Part shown: positions 1-8,784 of the stretch, in pieces | Position numbering within the stretch: the first letter of the stretch is position 1 | Layout of the letters: each line of letters begins with the position of its first letter | Assembly (NCBI GenBank): GCA_043778225.1 | Contig: JAYWGM010000059.1 | Location: 1 to 20,243, forward strand | Length of the DNA stretch: 20,243 nt | Direction: 5' to 3' | Source of the DNA: Deinococcales bacterium | Lineage (GTDB): Bacteria > Deinococcota > Deinococci > Deinococcales > JAAFIG01 | The notes under the pieces: model-generated | Databases searched by the model: none | Seen by the model: the letters and a program-made list of their open reading frames with translations, nothing else | Told to the model about the DNA's origin: nothing | Position numbers and translations under genes: made by a program

Positions 1-33
1 CACTGCTTGTAATGCTTCTCGAGTTCTTCAGTT

Positions 34-435
34 GTGTGGTGCGCGGTCAGAGGTGTGCCTAATCTTGACATTCCGTATTATCTACCTAAAGTTGGTATAA
101 TCCGTTTTGCTAATTCTAAGTTTAACTCTGAAGAACCTAGCGAGTCACTAAAGGAAGTTAATTCACAAAGCAACAAACTTGCTAAAGCTATTCTAGCAAC
201 TGCGGACACCATACCAATTCCAGATGTTGGTTTCAGTAAAGAGGAATGGGATCGTAAGCGAATAGATATTTTGGAACATGAAATATGGTTTTTGTGTATT
301 TCACAGTTTCAGGAGTTGCTAGAGCATTGCAATTCGACTGAAGATTTTGAACGGGAACTATTTAGATTACGAAGTATCACATTTGGGTTGTCTGATTTTC
401 TTTGGGAATGGGATTACATTCGTAACCTCGCGTAG
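34..435 (+). CDS. Hypothetical protein in an AT-rich segment; may be the 3' part of a frameshifted gene entering from upstream of the window
   Basis: 133-codon ORF with protein-like composition. The segment is clearly more AT-rich than the rest and the ORF has no CTCGAG. No convincing start signal or recognisable motif. Confidence 0.4.
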   Translation: MWCAVRGVPNLDIPYYLPKVGIIRFANSKFNSEEPSESLKEVNSQSNKLAKAILATADTIPIPDVGFSKEEWDRKRIDILEHEIWFLCISQFQELLEHCNSTEDFERELFRLRSITFGLSDFLWEWDYIRNLA

Positions 436-569
436 TCAACTTGTACCGTACCCAATAGGTATGAGTTCTATACATATGAAAATGTGTTCAGCGCTGGCTC
501 AAGATACAAAATACCTCAAATTTCAACTCGAGTAGGCTTTCTTCTATTTCTTTGGCGTATTCTAAGGGC

Positions 570-2393
570 GTGAGTTCTCCTACCAAACCCAGTGAGCCAA
601 AAATAGATTCTCAACAAATGATTGCCGATTTACTGTCCACCCTGCGCCTCGTCTGGGATGCCAGTGCGCTCCACTCAAGTATCATTCTCGTCTCGAGTTT
701 GCTGACCGCATTTGCCCCTGCTGCAACCCTCTGGATTGGCAAGTTGCTGTTGGATGCGGTGGCATTAGCAACCCAAGGTAAGCTCGAGGGTGGCTTAGAG
801 GCACTGACCACGCTGCTCATTATTCAGGTTGGCATCGGGGCGCTTCTGGTGTTGCTTGGGGCATTGCAGGGCGCATCTCGAGAATTGCTGGGCGATGCGC
901 TTCAAAACCGTATTACGATGCAGATTTTGGGCAAAGCCGCCAATCTCGAGGTCGAGCAATTCGAGAATGCCAAGACTTACGATGCCTTAAAAAATGCCTA
1001 TAACGAAGTCGGTTTTCGTCCGATGAACGTGGCGACACAAGTGCTGGCGCTGGCTCAAGCCATCATTACGCTGGGTTCAATTGGTGTGCTGCTGGCACAA
1101 CTGGGTTGGTTGGTGCTGCTTCTCACATTGGTTGCCACGCTGCCGGGCGTGGTGGTCTCAAATCGCTTTGGGGCAGAATCCTACCGCCTGATTCGCCGCC
1201 GCACTCCCGATGCTCGAGTGCAGAACTATTTGGGAACGCTTCTGACCTCCGATGCCTTGGTTAAAGAAGTGCGTCTGTTTGGTTTCGAGCCATATTTAAT
1301 TGAGCGCTGGCAGATGTACTACCAAAAATTTCGGGCGCAACTTGTGCCGTTAATCATGCGCCGTTCTGGTTGGAGTTTTGCCGCCAGCCTTGGCTCGAGT
1401 TTACTGATTGGTGTGGCTACGCTTTCGGTGCTGGCTCGAGCGGCTGCTGGGGCGATTACGGTTGGTGATTTTGCGCTTTTTATTGGCGGTTTAGCCCAAG
1501 TCCAAGCCCAATTCTCGAGCCTGCTGTCGGGTGTTTCCAACATTTATCAAAGTTTACTGTATATGCGAAATTTGTTTGAATTTCTCGAGTTGCCACAGCG
1601 CGACCTCAATGCTGGCTTGGTCTGGTCTGAACCGATTGAAAGCATCGAATTCGAGAATGTTGCTTTTCGCTATCCTCTTACCAGCAAAGACGTGCTAAAA
1701 GGCGTAAATTTTAAGATTGTCAAAGGGCAGGCACTGGCTTTGGTCGGCGAAAATGGGGCGGGCAAAACCACGGCTGTTAAACTTTTAACCCGCCTTTTTG
1801 AACCGACTTCGGGCAGGATTTTACTCAATGGCTTGGATGCCAGTGCCTATTCGCCGCGCAGTGTCCAAACCCAAATGAGCATTATTTTCCAAGATTACGG
1901 GCAGTACCAGATGACGGCTCGAGAAAATGTCGCACTGGGCGAACTAACGCGGATTACCGACACATCAGCCCTCGAAGAAGCGGGGGCGCAAAGTGGCGCA
2001 AATGAATTTGTCGAAACCTTGCCAAATGGCTACGACACGATGCTTGGGCGAATGTTTGAAGGCGGGCGGCAGCTTTCTGGTGGGCAATGGCAACGGCTCG
2101 CGCTCTCGAGGTTGTATTTTCGCCATGCCAGTGTGCTGGTTTTTGATGAACCAACCGCCGCTCTGGATGCCCAAGCCGAATTTGACACGATTGAGGCGCT
2201 TCGCACCCAAGCCGCCGACCGAATGACGGTTTTGATTTCGCATCGCTTTAGTACCGTGCGCCTCGCCGATACGATTTTGGTTCTCGAGCATGGCATTATT
2301 GCCGAGTCGGGTTCGCATCAGGCTTTGGTGGCAAGCGGCGGGATGTACGCCCAATTGTTTAAGCTCCAAGCCAAAGGGTATCAAGCCACTTAA
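570..2393 (+). CDS. Fused ABC exporter (transmembrane domain plus ATP-binding domain), ~607 aa
   Basis: Hydrophobic N-terminal half; Walker A GENGAGKTT, signature LSGGQWQR, Walker B VLVFDEPT, H-loop ISHR. Start moved from the track's 552 to GTG 570, which lies 6 nt after TATTCT (558-563). Confidence 0.93.
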   Translation: MSSPTKPSEPKIDSQQMIADLLSTLRLVWDASALHSSIILVSSLLTAFAPAATLWIGKLLLDAVALATQGKLEGGLEALTTLLIIQVGIGALLVLLGALQGASRELLGDALQNRITMQILGKAANLEVEQFENAKTYDALKNAYNEVGFRPMNVATQVLALAQAIITLGSIGVLLAQLGWLVLLLTLVATLPGVVVSNRFGAESYRLIRRRTPDARVQNYLGTLLTSDALVKEVRLFGFEPYLIERWQMYYQKFRAQLVPLIMRRSGWSFAASLGSSLLIGVATLSVLARAAAGAITVGDFALFIGGLAQVQAQFSSLLSGVSNIYQSLLYMRNLFEFLELPQRDLNAGLVWSEPIESIEFENVAFRYPLTSKDVLKGVNFKIVKGQALALVGENGAGKTTAVKLLTRLFEPTSGRILLNGLDASAYSPRSVQTQMSIIFQDYGQYQMTARENVALGELTRITDTSALEEAGAQSGANEFVETLPNGYDTMLGRMFEGGRQLSGGQWQRLALSRLYFRHASVLVFDEPTAALDAQAEFDTIEALRTQAADRMTVLISHRFSTVRLADTILVLEHGIIAESGSHQALVASGGMYAQLFKLQAKGYQAT

Positions 2394-3494
2394 TCCTCAT
2401 CGCTGCTGCTGGTGGCTGTGGCGCGTTGCCCAGCCAGCCACTCGAGACCCGCCCAAATAAATTCGTCAAGGTCGCCATCCAGCACATTGGCGGGGTTGTG
2501 CTGCATTACCCCCGTGCGGTGGTCTTTGACATATTGCTTATCCAGCACATAACTGCGAATTTGGCTGCCCCACTCGATACTTTTTTGTTGCCCACGGGCT
2601 TTGTCTTCGATTTCACGCTTTTTACGCATTTCCATTTCGTACAATCTCGAGCGCAAGACGGTAAAGGCTTTGTCCTTATTTTTAAGTTGGCTGCGCCCAT
2701 CTTGGCAAACCACAACAATCATGTCGGGTGTGCCAGCTTTATAGGTTAAACGCACCGCGCTGTCGGTGGTGTTGACCCCCTGTCCGCCGTGTCCACCAGC
2801 CCTAAAAACATCTATCCGAACATCGGCGGGGTTAATTTCGACTTCCGAGGCATCCTCGATTTCGGGCATGATTTCGATGCTCGAGAAACTGGTTTGGCGT
2901 TTACCTTGGGCGTTAAATGGCGAGACCCGCACCAAGCGATGCACCCCAGCTTCGCTTCGCAATAAACCATACGCCCGTTCGCCGCGCACAATCAATTCGG
3001 CATAGGTAATTCCAGCTTGGTCGCCGGCGGTATAATCCAACAACTCGACTGCAAAATCATGGCGTTCGGCATAGCGCTGTACCATCCGCAACAGCATTTG
3101 CGCCCAGTCTTGGCTTTCTGTGCCACCCGCGCCTGGTTTAATCACCAAAATAGCAGCAGCCTCGGCATGATGGACATTAAATAGTGTTTCTTTGTAGAGC
3201 GCATCCACCCGAGTTGTTGCCTCGAGTAAATCTGGCTCGAGTTCGGCTTTTTCATCATCAGATGCCAACTCGAGCATTTCGCCCAAGCCCAGCACATCCG
3301 ACTCGAGCCGCACAAAATCGTCGACCACACGGCGCAAGGTGGTACTTTCTTTGGTCACATGGCGGGCATTGCTCGCGTCGTTCCACAGATTTGGGTCGTT
3401 GAGCGAAACCTCGAGAAGATCTAAACGGGCTGTTTTACCAGCGATGTCAAAGATACCCCCGAAGGTTTTCAAGTTTTTCTTGTAATTGGGTCAT
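2390..3494 (-). CDS. prfB: Peptide chain release factor 2, translated through a programmed +1 frameshift (join 3494..3450 and 3448..2390; ~367 aa)
   Basis: SPF motif (VRVSPFN) and GGQ motif (GGHGGQGVNTTDSAVR). ATG at 3494 follows a GGAGG SD and reads MTQLQEKLENLRGYL up to CTT-TGA-C, then continues in the +1 frame as DIAGK... Confidence 0.97.
3446..3460 (-). promoter_or_regulatory. prfB autoregulatory +1 frameshift cassette
   Basis: Minus strand GGGGGTATCTTTGAC: an internal SD-like G run just before the canonical CTT-TGA-C shift site. Confidence 0.96.
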
Positions 3495-3526
3495 AAGTCC
3501 TCCGCGACAAATGGTCGCAACTTAGG

Positions 3527-3535
3527 ATTCTAACA
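3527..3535 (-). promoter_or_regulatory. Putative extended -10 promoter for prfB
   Basis: Minus strand TGtTAGAAT ending 32 nt upstream of the ATG. A short GCGAC/GTCGC hairpin (3504-3518) abuts the SD. Confidence 0.5.
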
Positions 3536-3596
3536 CGAAGATTTGTCATCTCTTGTTGTTCTCATGCTTTCTCGAGTAAAGTACGAAGGGGATTTG

Positions 3597-4085
3597 ATGA
3601 AACGTACACCACTCGATGTTCGACACCAAGAATTTTCTAATGCGCTTTCCGGGTACTCCAAAAGAGACGTGCGCGAATTCTTGACCAGTGTTGCCGAAGA
3701 CCTCGAGGAATACGAACGTGGCATGAGAACCACCCAAGAGCGAATTGGATACCTCGAAGCCCAAGTCAACGAACTGCGCCAAGGCGAAGAAACCCTCAAG
3801 CGGGCAGTGGTCAGTGCCGAACGCATCGCCAACGAAATGAAGCTCAATGCCGAACGCGAAGCCTCTTTGCGGATTAAAAATGCCGAACACCAAGCCCAAA
3901 CCCTGATTCAAGAAGCCGAGAATCAAAAAGAACAATTGCTGCGCGAAGCCTTAAACAAGGCTCGAGACATTCGGGTCGAAATGGATCGTCTGCGTTCACA
4001 GCGTTCAATGTTTGCTTCGCAATTCAAGGCGTTGTTGCAAAGCCATATGGAAAATATAGACCGAGGCGAAGACAAAGGGACTTGA
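3597..4085 (+). CDS. divIVA: DivIVA domain-containing cell division protein (~162 aa)
   Basis: N-terminus MKRTPLDVRHQEFSNALSGYSKRDVREFL fits the DivIVA motif and is followed by a long coiled coil. AAGGGG SD precedes ATG 3597. Confidence 0.88.
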   Translation: MKRTPLDVRHQEFSNALSGYSKRDVREFLTSVAEDLEEYERGMRTTQERIGYLEAQVNELRQGEETLKRAVVSAERIANEMKLNAEREASLRIKNAEHQAQTLIQEAENQKEQLLREALNKARDIRVEMDRLRSQRSMFASQFKALLQSHMENIDRGEDKGT

Positions 4086-5325
4086 GTCTCGAGTCAGTCA
4101 TATCGGTCTGGTCTCGAGTCACATCATATCGGTCTGGTCTCGAGTCAGTCATATCGGTCTGGTCTCGAGTCACTTCAATCACCATCGAAGCGCATTTGCC
4201 ACCAAAGCCAAACGAATTCTTGAGGGTTCGCAAGGTTTTTTCGGGTGGAAAAGGGCTGTTGGTAAAATTTAATTTGCCTTGGGGCTTTAGGAAGTCACAA
4301 TTTTGCAAGTTGTGAATGTGCGGAATAACGCCATGCTGCATGGCTTTTATGGCATAAATCGTCTCTAAAATTCCCGAGGCTGCCAAGGTGTGACCGATTT
4401 TACTTTTTGGGGCATAAATCGGAATATACGGAAACAACTCTGAAAGCACTTTGTATTCGACTGCATCACCAATTGGGGTCGAAGTCGCGTGGGCGTTGAT
4501 GGCATGAATTGTACCCACTTCACGGACGGCTTTTTGGATTGCCAAAATTGCGCCACGACCATCCTGATGTGGCGAGGTTGCATCGTGTGCGTCGGATGCC
4601 ATACCAACTGGGTAGAGCCGTGCGTAAACGGTGCTGCCATAGGCTTTGGCTTTGGCTGGGCTTTGTAAAATTAGGGTAGCTGCGCCTTCGCCCATACAAA
4701 AACCTTCGCGCCGTTGGTCAAATGGAGCGCTTAAATTACCAAGCGCATTGATATAAGCAAAGTATTTCATCGAGAACGAAAAACAACCCGCGTCGGCTGC
4801 CCCAACCACCACATAATCGTATTCCTCGAGTAACTTCATGGCGCTGTCTATTGAAATTAAACCAGTGCTGCACGAAGCAAAAAGCGAATACGACACACCT
4901 TGAAAATTATATTGACACGCCACTTGGTTACAAGCAATATCGGGCAGCCGATTGACGATGGCGAGCGGGTGAACCCGGCGGTTCTCGACAAATTTTGGAA
5001 TTGCATCTTCGATAAATTCTGAATCGTTAGAAACGGTCGAGATAATCACCGCCACATTGGTGCTGTGCTTGAGTCCAGAATGCTCGAGTGCCTGAGCCGT
5101 GGCGTGCATCGCAAGGCGTTGGGTGCGGGTTAAACCTTTGTCTGAAAATCCTATCGGTAGGCGAACATCGGCTTGATTGGCTTTGATGCCTCGCTTAATT
5201 TTTCCATTGACAAAAAAATCCAAGTCGGACACAAAATCGGTCTCGTTCAGCAGGTTCTCAAAGCACATTTGCGGGTGATGACCTAACCCGTCGATCATTC
5301 CGTAGCCTACTACATTAGCAATCAT
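4024..5325 (-). CDS. Beta-ketoacyl-ACP synthase family protein (FabF/FabB-like), with a C-terminus extended by a tandem repeat
   Basis: Catalytic Cys in ASCSTG, His in INAHATST, His in KSKIGHT; also SAPFD..REGF.MGEGAA and NSFGFGG. Confidence 0.9.
   Translation of the reverse strand: MIANVVGYGMIDGLGHHPQMCFENLLNETDFVSDLDFFVNGKIKRGIKANQADVRLPIGFSDKGLTRTQRLAMHATAQALEHSGLKHSTNVAVIISTVSNDSEFIEDAIPKFVENRRVHPLAIVNRLPDIACNQVACQYNFQGVSYSLFASCSTGLISIDSAMKLLEEYDYVVVGAADAGCFSFSMKYFAYINALGNLSAPFDQRREGFCMGEGAATLILQSPAKAKAYGSTVYARLYPVGMASDAHDATSPHQDGRGAILAIQKAVREVGTIHAINAHATSTPIGDAVEYKVLSELFPYIPIYAPKSKIGHTLAASGILETIYAIKAMQHGVIPHIHNLQNCDFLKPQGKLNFTNSPFPPEKTLRTLKNSFGFGGKCASMVIEVTRDQTDMTDSRPDRYDVTRDQTDMTDSRLKSLCLRLGLYFPYGFATTP
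4086..4172. repeat. Tandem repeat of about 3.5 units of 25-26 nt, each containing CTCGAG
   Basis: Units: 4086-4110 GTCTCGAGTCAGTCATATCGGTCTG, 4111-4136 GTCTCGAGTCACATCATATCGGTCTG, 4137-4161 identical to the first, 4162-4172 partial. Confidence 0.95.
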
Positions 5326-5396
5326 TACGGTTATCTTACGTTAAAACAGGCGATGGCTGACACTTTTTAGGGCTTAGATTCGGTAGACTCGAGAAC

Positions 5397-6209
5397 GTGA
5401 TTGTTCTTTCAAACAAATTTGCTCCTGCCACTCGCTTACTCTGGCATTCTGGGGTGCTTGGTGCGCTGGATGGGATTGCCAAAGCGGGTTTCTCGGCAGC
5501 CGAAGTCTGGGCAAGCCACATCAGCGAGTCTCGAGTCCCACCGCTTTTGGTTAAGCAACGCGCCAATGAACTGGGCTTAGCTTTATCGTTGCACGCCCCG
5601 AGTTACGACCTGAATCCGCTCTCGAGCAATCCAGAAATTCGCAGTCTATCGCGCCGCTTGGTGCTTGATTCGCTCGAGGTAGCGGCACGGCTCGAGGCAA
5701 AAATCGTGGTGGTGCATCCGGGGGCGCTTTCGAGCAGCACCGACGACCCCGAGGAATACTGGGGACGGCTCGAGGAGTACGCAGTTCAACTCGATGCTCG
5801 GGCAGCCCACTTGGGTTTAACGGTAGCGATTGAAGCCATGGAAAAAAAACGGCTACAATTTGTGACCAGCATTTCCAGTCTCGAGCGTTTATCAAGGCTA
5901 CTGAATTCGGTCAGCGCCAGACAAGTCGGCATTTGCCTCGACATCGCCCATGCTGGCACACTTGGCGACCCCGAAGAATTTTTAGCAACTGTTCCAAGAA
6001 TTGTGCATCTGCATTTATCAGACACCAGCGACGAAAAGACCCATGCGCTGTTGGGCGAAGGGCGTTTGAACTTAGCCGCCATTGTCCCAAAGTTACTCGA
6101 GAAAATCTCTAAAACCACTGGGCTGATTGTGATTGAAGGGCGCTTGGCTTCGGATGAAGCTCGAGCCATTGCAGTCGCCGCAAGTTATTTGGCGCGATTT
6201 AGTTCTTGA
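5397..6209 (+). CDS. Sugar phosphate isomerase/epimerase (xylose isomerase-like TIM barrel, AP endonuclease 2 family)
   Basis: SLHAP..DLNPLS and VVVHPG, plus the metal-ligand pattern AIEAM / CLDIAHA / HLHLSD / VIEG. GTG lies 7 nt after TAGACT. Confidence 0.85.
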   Translation: MIVLSNKFAPATRLLWHSGVLGALDGIAKAGFSAAEVWASHISESRVPPLLVKQRANELGLALSLHAPSYDLNPLSSNPEIRSLSRRLVLDSLEVAARLEAKIVVVHPGALSSSTDDPEEYWGRLEEYAVQLDARAAHLGLTVAIEAMEKKRLQFVTSISSLERLSRLLNSVSARQVGICLDIAHAGTLGDPEEFLATVPRIVHLHLSDTSDEKTHALLGEGRLNLAAIVPKLLEKISKTTGLIVIEGRLASDEARAIAVAASYLARFSS

Positions 6210-6402
6210 GTTTAGGCTTGGCGCTGTTGCGTCCCATAAAAAAGCCGACCAGCAGACCGACCAAAAGCGGTATAGCAACCGTCAAAATCAGTGTGCCAAC
6301 CCGAATTGAACTGTCAAAGAACGGGATATAAAAACCCCAAGTAAAAAACAGAATGACGGCTAAAATTGCAACAACCACAAGACCCGAAATAATCGCTTTC
6401 AT
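6199..6402 (-). CDS. Small membrane protein with two predicted transmembrane helices (67 aa)
   Basis: Two hydrophobic segments and a basic C-terminal tail; TATACT 6 nt before the ATG. Confidence 0.75.
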   Translation of the reverse strand: MKAIISGLVVVAILAVILFFTWGFYIPFFDSSIRVGTLILTVAIPLLVGLLVGFFMGRNSAKPKLKN

Positions 6403-6444
6403 GACATCAGTATACGCATAAACCAGCCCAAAAGTTCCCAGCCT

Positions 6445-6867
6445 TTAGACCAGAACCGACAATGCCAGTTTTTCCATTTTTCTAAATGGCTTCCAGTCTT
6501 TTTTGGTCTGATGATCAAAACCCAATAAATGGGTTAAGCCATGGCTGGCAAGCACAATCACTTCGGTTTCTAGGTCATGACCATGCTCGAGGGCTTGAAC
6601 TTGGGCGGTCTCGAGGCTGATGTAAATATCGCCCAAGACTGGCGGCATAAACGGGTCGCCCGGTTCCCACTGCGGAAAAGTTAAGACATCGGTCACGGCA
6701 TCTTCGCCCCAGAACTCGAGTTTTAAGGCTCTGAGCCGTGCATCGGTGGATAAGACCAGACAAACCGCACTCGAGACGGCGTGGTTTTTTATTAAAAAAC
6801 CAAGGACACGCCGTAATTTGGGGCGCAAGCCAACTGGAACTTTGGTTTCAGCAACAATCTCGAGCAT
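6445..6867 (-). CDS. ybeY: rRNA maturation endoribonuclease YbeY
   Basis: TDVLTFP, LGDIYIS and the zinc motif HGLTHLLGFDH (H3xH5xH). Confidence 0.95.
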   Translation of the reverse strand: MLEIVAETKVPVGLRPKLRRVLGFLIKNHAVSSAVCLVLSTDARLRALKLEFWGEDAVTDVLTFPQWEPGDPFMPPVLGDIYISLETAQVQALEHGHDLETEVIVLASHGLTHLLGFDHQTKKDWKPFRKMEKLALSVLV

Positions 6868-6876
6868 AAAGCGCGT

Positions 6877-6950
6877 GGGAAAAAAGGTGAAAGGGGAAAA
6901 AGGTTAAAAGCTTTTACTTTTCACCCTTTCACCTTTTGACCTTTTCACCC
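6877..6950. repeat. Intergenic octamer-based imperfect inverted-repeat element, copy 1
   Basis: Purine arm 6877-6910 and pyrimidine arm 6917-6950 are complementary at 26 of 34 positions. Both are built from ~8-nt units of the form AAAAGGTN. Confidence 0.85.
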
Positions 6951-6957
6951 TCTCTTA

Positions 6958-8739
6958 TCACCTCCCAACCAAACTCAGAATACGCGGCTCAGGGCGGTAG
7001 TACAAAAAGTTAATCGGCAAGTACGAACCACTGGCTGGCACAATTTCGATTTCGATTCGGTCGCGGTCATTGGCGCGGTAAACCACCACGGGTAAATCGT
7101 TGCGATACAGCGTGCCACTGTCGGGCAGGGCGGTAAAAACCCCATTGATTTTCATTGCTCCAGCATATGGACCACCACGCGGCACAAGCGCCCCGACTGT
7201 GCCTCGGGCGTTCTCGAGAATAATCGAGTAGGTCACGCCAAAATTGCCTTTGAGGTTCATTTGCTCACCGGTCAGGGCATCGCGCCCAATGATGTTCGGG
7301 TCGTAGTTGCCATCGCCAATAATCTGACGAATCGCCGCCCCAGTCTGGACTTGATTTAAGTCCACGCGGATACGCCGCACTGCTCCATAAAATGTGCCAC
7401 GCTGATGAATCCCATCTCGAGGTAAAGCTGGTAAATTGCGTAAGGTCGTGAGCATTAAAGCGCCAGCTAAATCACCCAGGCTAGGCGTGACCAAGGCTTC
7501 ATCTAAGAAAAAAATTGAGCTTTGGATTCGTCCGTTGCTCTCGAGGTCAAACATCAGGTTTAAGCCTTCGCCTGTATCGAGCGAATTAGAAAGGTAAAGT
7601 GGCGCAGCTTTGCCCGGCTCGAGTACCAGTGTTTCTAAGCCGCTCGAGGTTAGAAAATCGAGCAAACTTGCCCGCCCAAGGGTTGCTACCACGGTCGTGG
7701 CACTGGTCACCCCAAAGCGTGAAACCTTGACCGCCACGGGGGTTGTCTCGAGGTTTGTGACCCAAACCATCAGCCGCCCCAAGGAATTCATACCATTGGT
7801 GTGGTACGCCATTAAGCGTGCCGCACCATTGATCACTTCTTCGTAGAGTAAGCCACTGCGGTCGGGTTCTTCGGGTGAATCCGAAAAAATAAGCGGTACA
7901 GCTTCGTCTTCACGGCTGATTTGGGCTTGTGGGTAGGTCAGCACATTGCTGTCTGGGAAGGTTCGCCCGACGGGCACAAAACGTAAGCCAAATTCTTTAG
8001 CGGTATACAGCACTTCGTTGCTGACTTTAATGTTGACAATAAATGGCTCGGAGATTAAACCATTGCGATTGGTGACCACCAGCGCAATGCTTTTGATACC
8101 ACCACTAAAATAGGCATCCTCGCGCCCTGTAAAACGCTCCAAGGTAATCGGCACACCATTGGGGTCGTAACTGTACTCGATGATTCGCACAGGTTCGCCA
8201 ATTTTGTATTCTTTTTTATCGGTTGCAAAACGTGCCACTGGTAAACTGGTATCGACACTGCCGTCTCGAGCCACAGTAATACTAATCAAGCGCTGGATGG
8301 TATCAAACGAAACCGTGGCATTGAGGGCTTGGTCTAACACCCGTGCGACCACAAACATATTGCCCTCGAGTACCGTAGCGACTTCACTCAGTGGCACTTG
8401 CCGCCCATTGAGACGGGCTAAACGTAAACTTGGATAAATATCGAGTTTGCCAAAGCGTAAACCATCGGGAAAATCACGCACGGTTTCGATTGGAATGGCT
8501 AAAACCCGCCCGAGTTCACGCAAGGGCAGCACCGTTCGCCCATCCACAGTACGCGCACTCGAGCTAAATTGCACCCGTGAGCCATTCAAAAAACCGAAAT
8601 TAGCATCCAAGGGCCAGACCAATTGCCGAGTTGCCAAACGGGTGGCTTGGCGGGCTGGCTGGGTGCTTTGCGCTAAGGCAATGGCAGAAAATAAAAGCGC
8701 GAGCATAAACGCATTTCGCGCCAAAAAGGTCAACTTCAC
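6958..8739 (-). CDS. Secreted/surface protein with a copper amine oxidase N-terminal-like (stalk) domain and an uncharacterised C-terminal region (~593 aa)
   Basis: Signal-peptide-like N-terminus ending ALA-Q. Stalk-like segments DGRTVLPLRELGRVL and EGNMFVVARVLDQALNATVSFD; Ig/PKD-like PVARFATDKKEYKIGEPV..SYDPNG. GTG 8739 lies 7 nt after TGtTATCTT. Confidence 0.65.
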   Translation of the reverse strand: MKLTFLARNAFMLALLFSAIALAQSTQPARQATRLATRQLVWPLDANFGFLNGSRVQFSSSARTVDGRTVLPLRELGRVLAIPIETVRDFPDGLRFGKLDIYPSLRLARLNGRQVPLSEVATVLEGNMFVVARVLDQALNATVSFDTIQRLISITVARDGSVDTSLPVARFATDKKEYKIGEPVRIIEYSYDPNGVPITLERFTGREDAYFSGGIKSIALVVTNRNGLISEPFIVNIKVSNEVLYTAKEFGLRFVPVGRTFPDSNVLTYPQAQISREDEAVPLIFSDSPEEPDRSGLLYEEVINGAARLMAYHTNGMNSLGRLMVWVTNLETTPVAVKVSRFGVTSATTVVATLGRASLLDFLTSSGLETLVLEPGKAAPLYLSNSLDTGEGLNLMFDLESNGRIQSSIFFLDEALVTPSLGDLAGALMLTTLRNLPALPRDGIHQRGTFYGAVRRIRVDLNQVQTGAAIRQIIGDGNYDPNIIGRDALTGEQMNLKGNFGVTYSIILENARGTVGALVPRGGPYAGAMKINGVFTALPDSGTLYRNDLPVVVYRANDRDRIEIEIVPASGSYLPINFLYYRPEPRILSLVGR

Positions 8740-8784
8740 ATTGCCCAAGATAACAAATTTTGGTGTGACAAAACGACCTACCCC

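Noticed and set aside
65..92. TTGACA-16 nt-TAAAGT promoter-like match
   Set aside because: It lies inside an AT-rich ORF where such matches arise by chance, with no suitably placed start codon.
347..535. 62-aa ORF as a peptide substrate for the ABC exporter
   Set aside because: It overlaps ORF 34-435, has no SD or recognisable leader motif, and no modifying enzymes are nearby.
2390..3494. prfB as a pseudogene because of the early TGA
   Set aside because: The TGA belongs to the canonical CTT-TGA-C programmed frameshift.
4086..4172. Possible mini CRISPR array
   Set aside because: The units are directly adjacent with no unique spacers, and there is no leader or cas gene.
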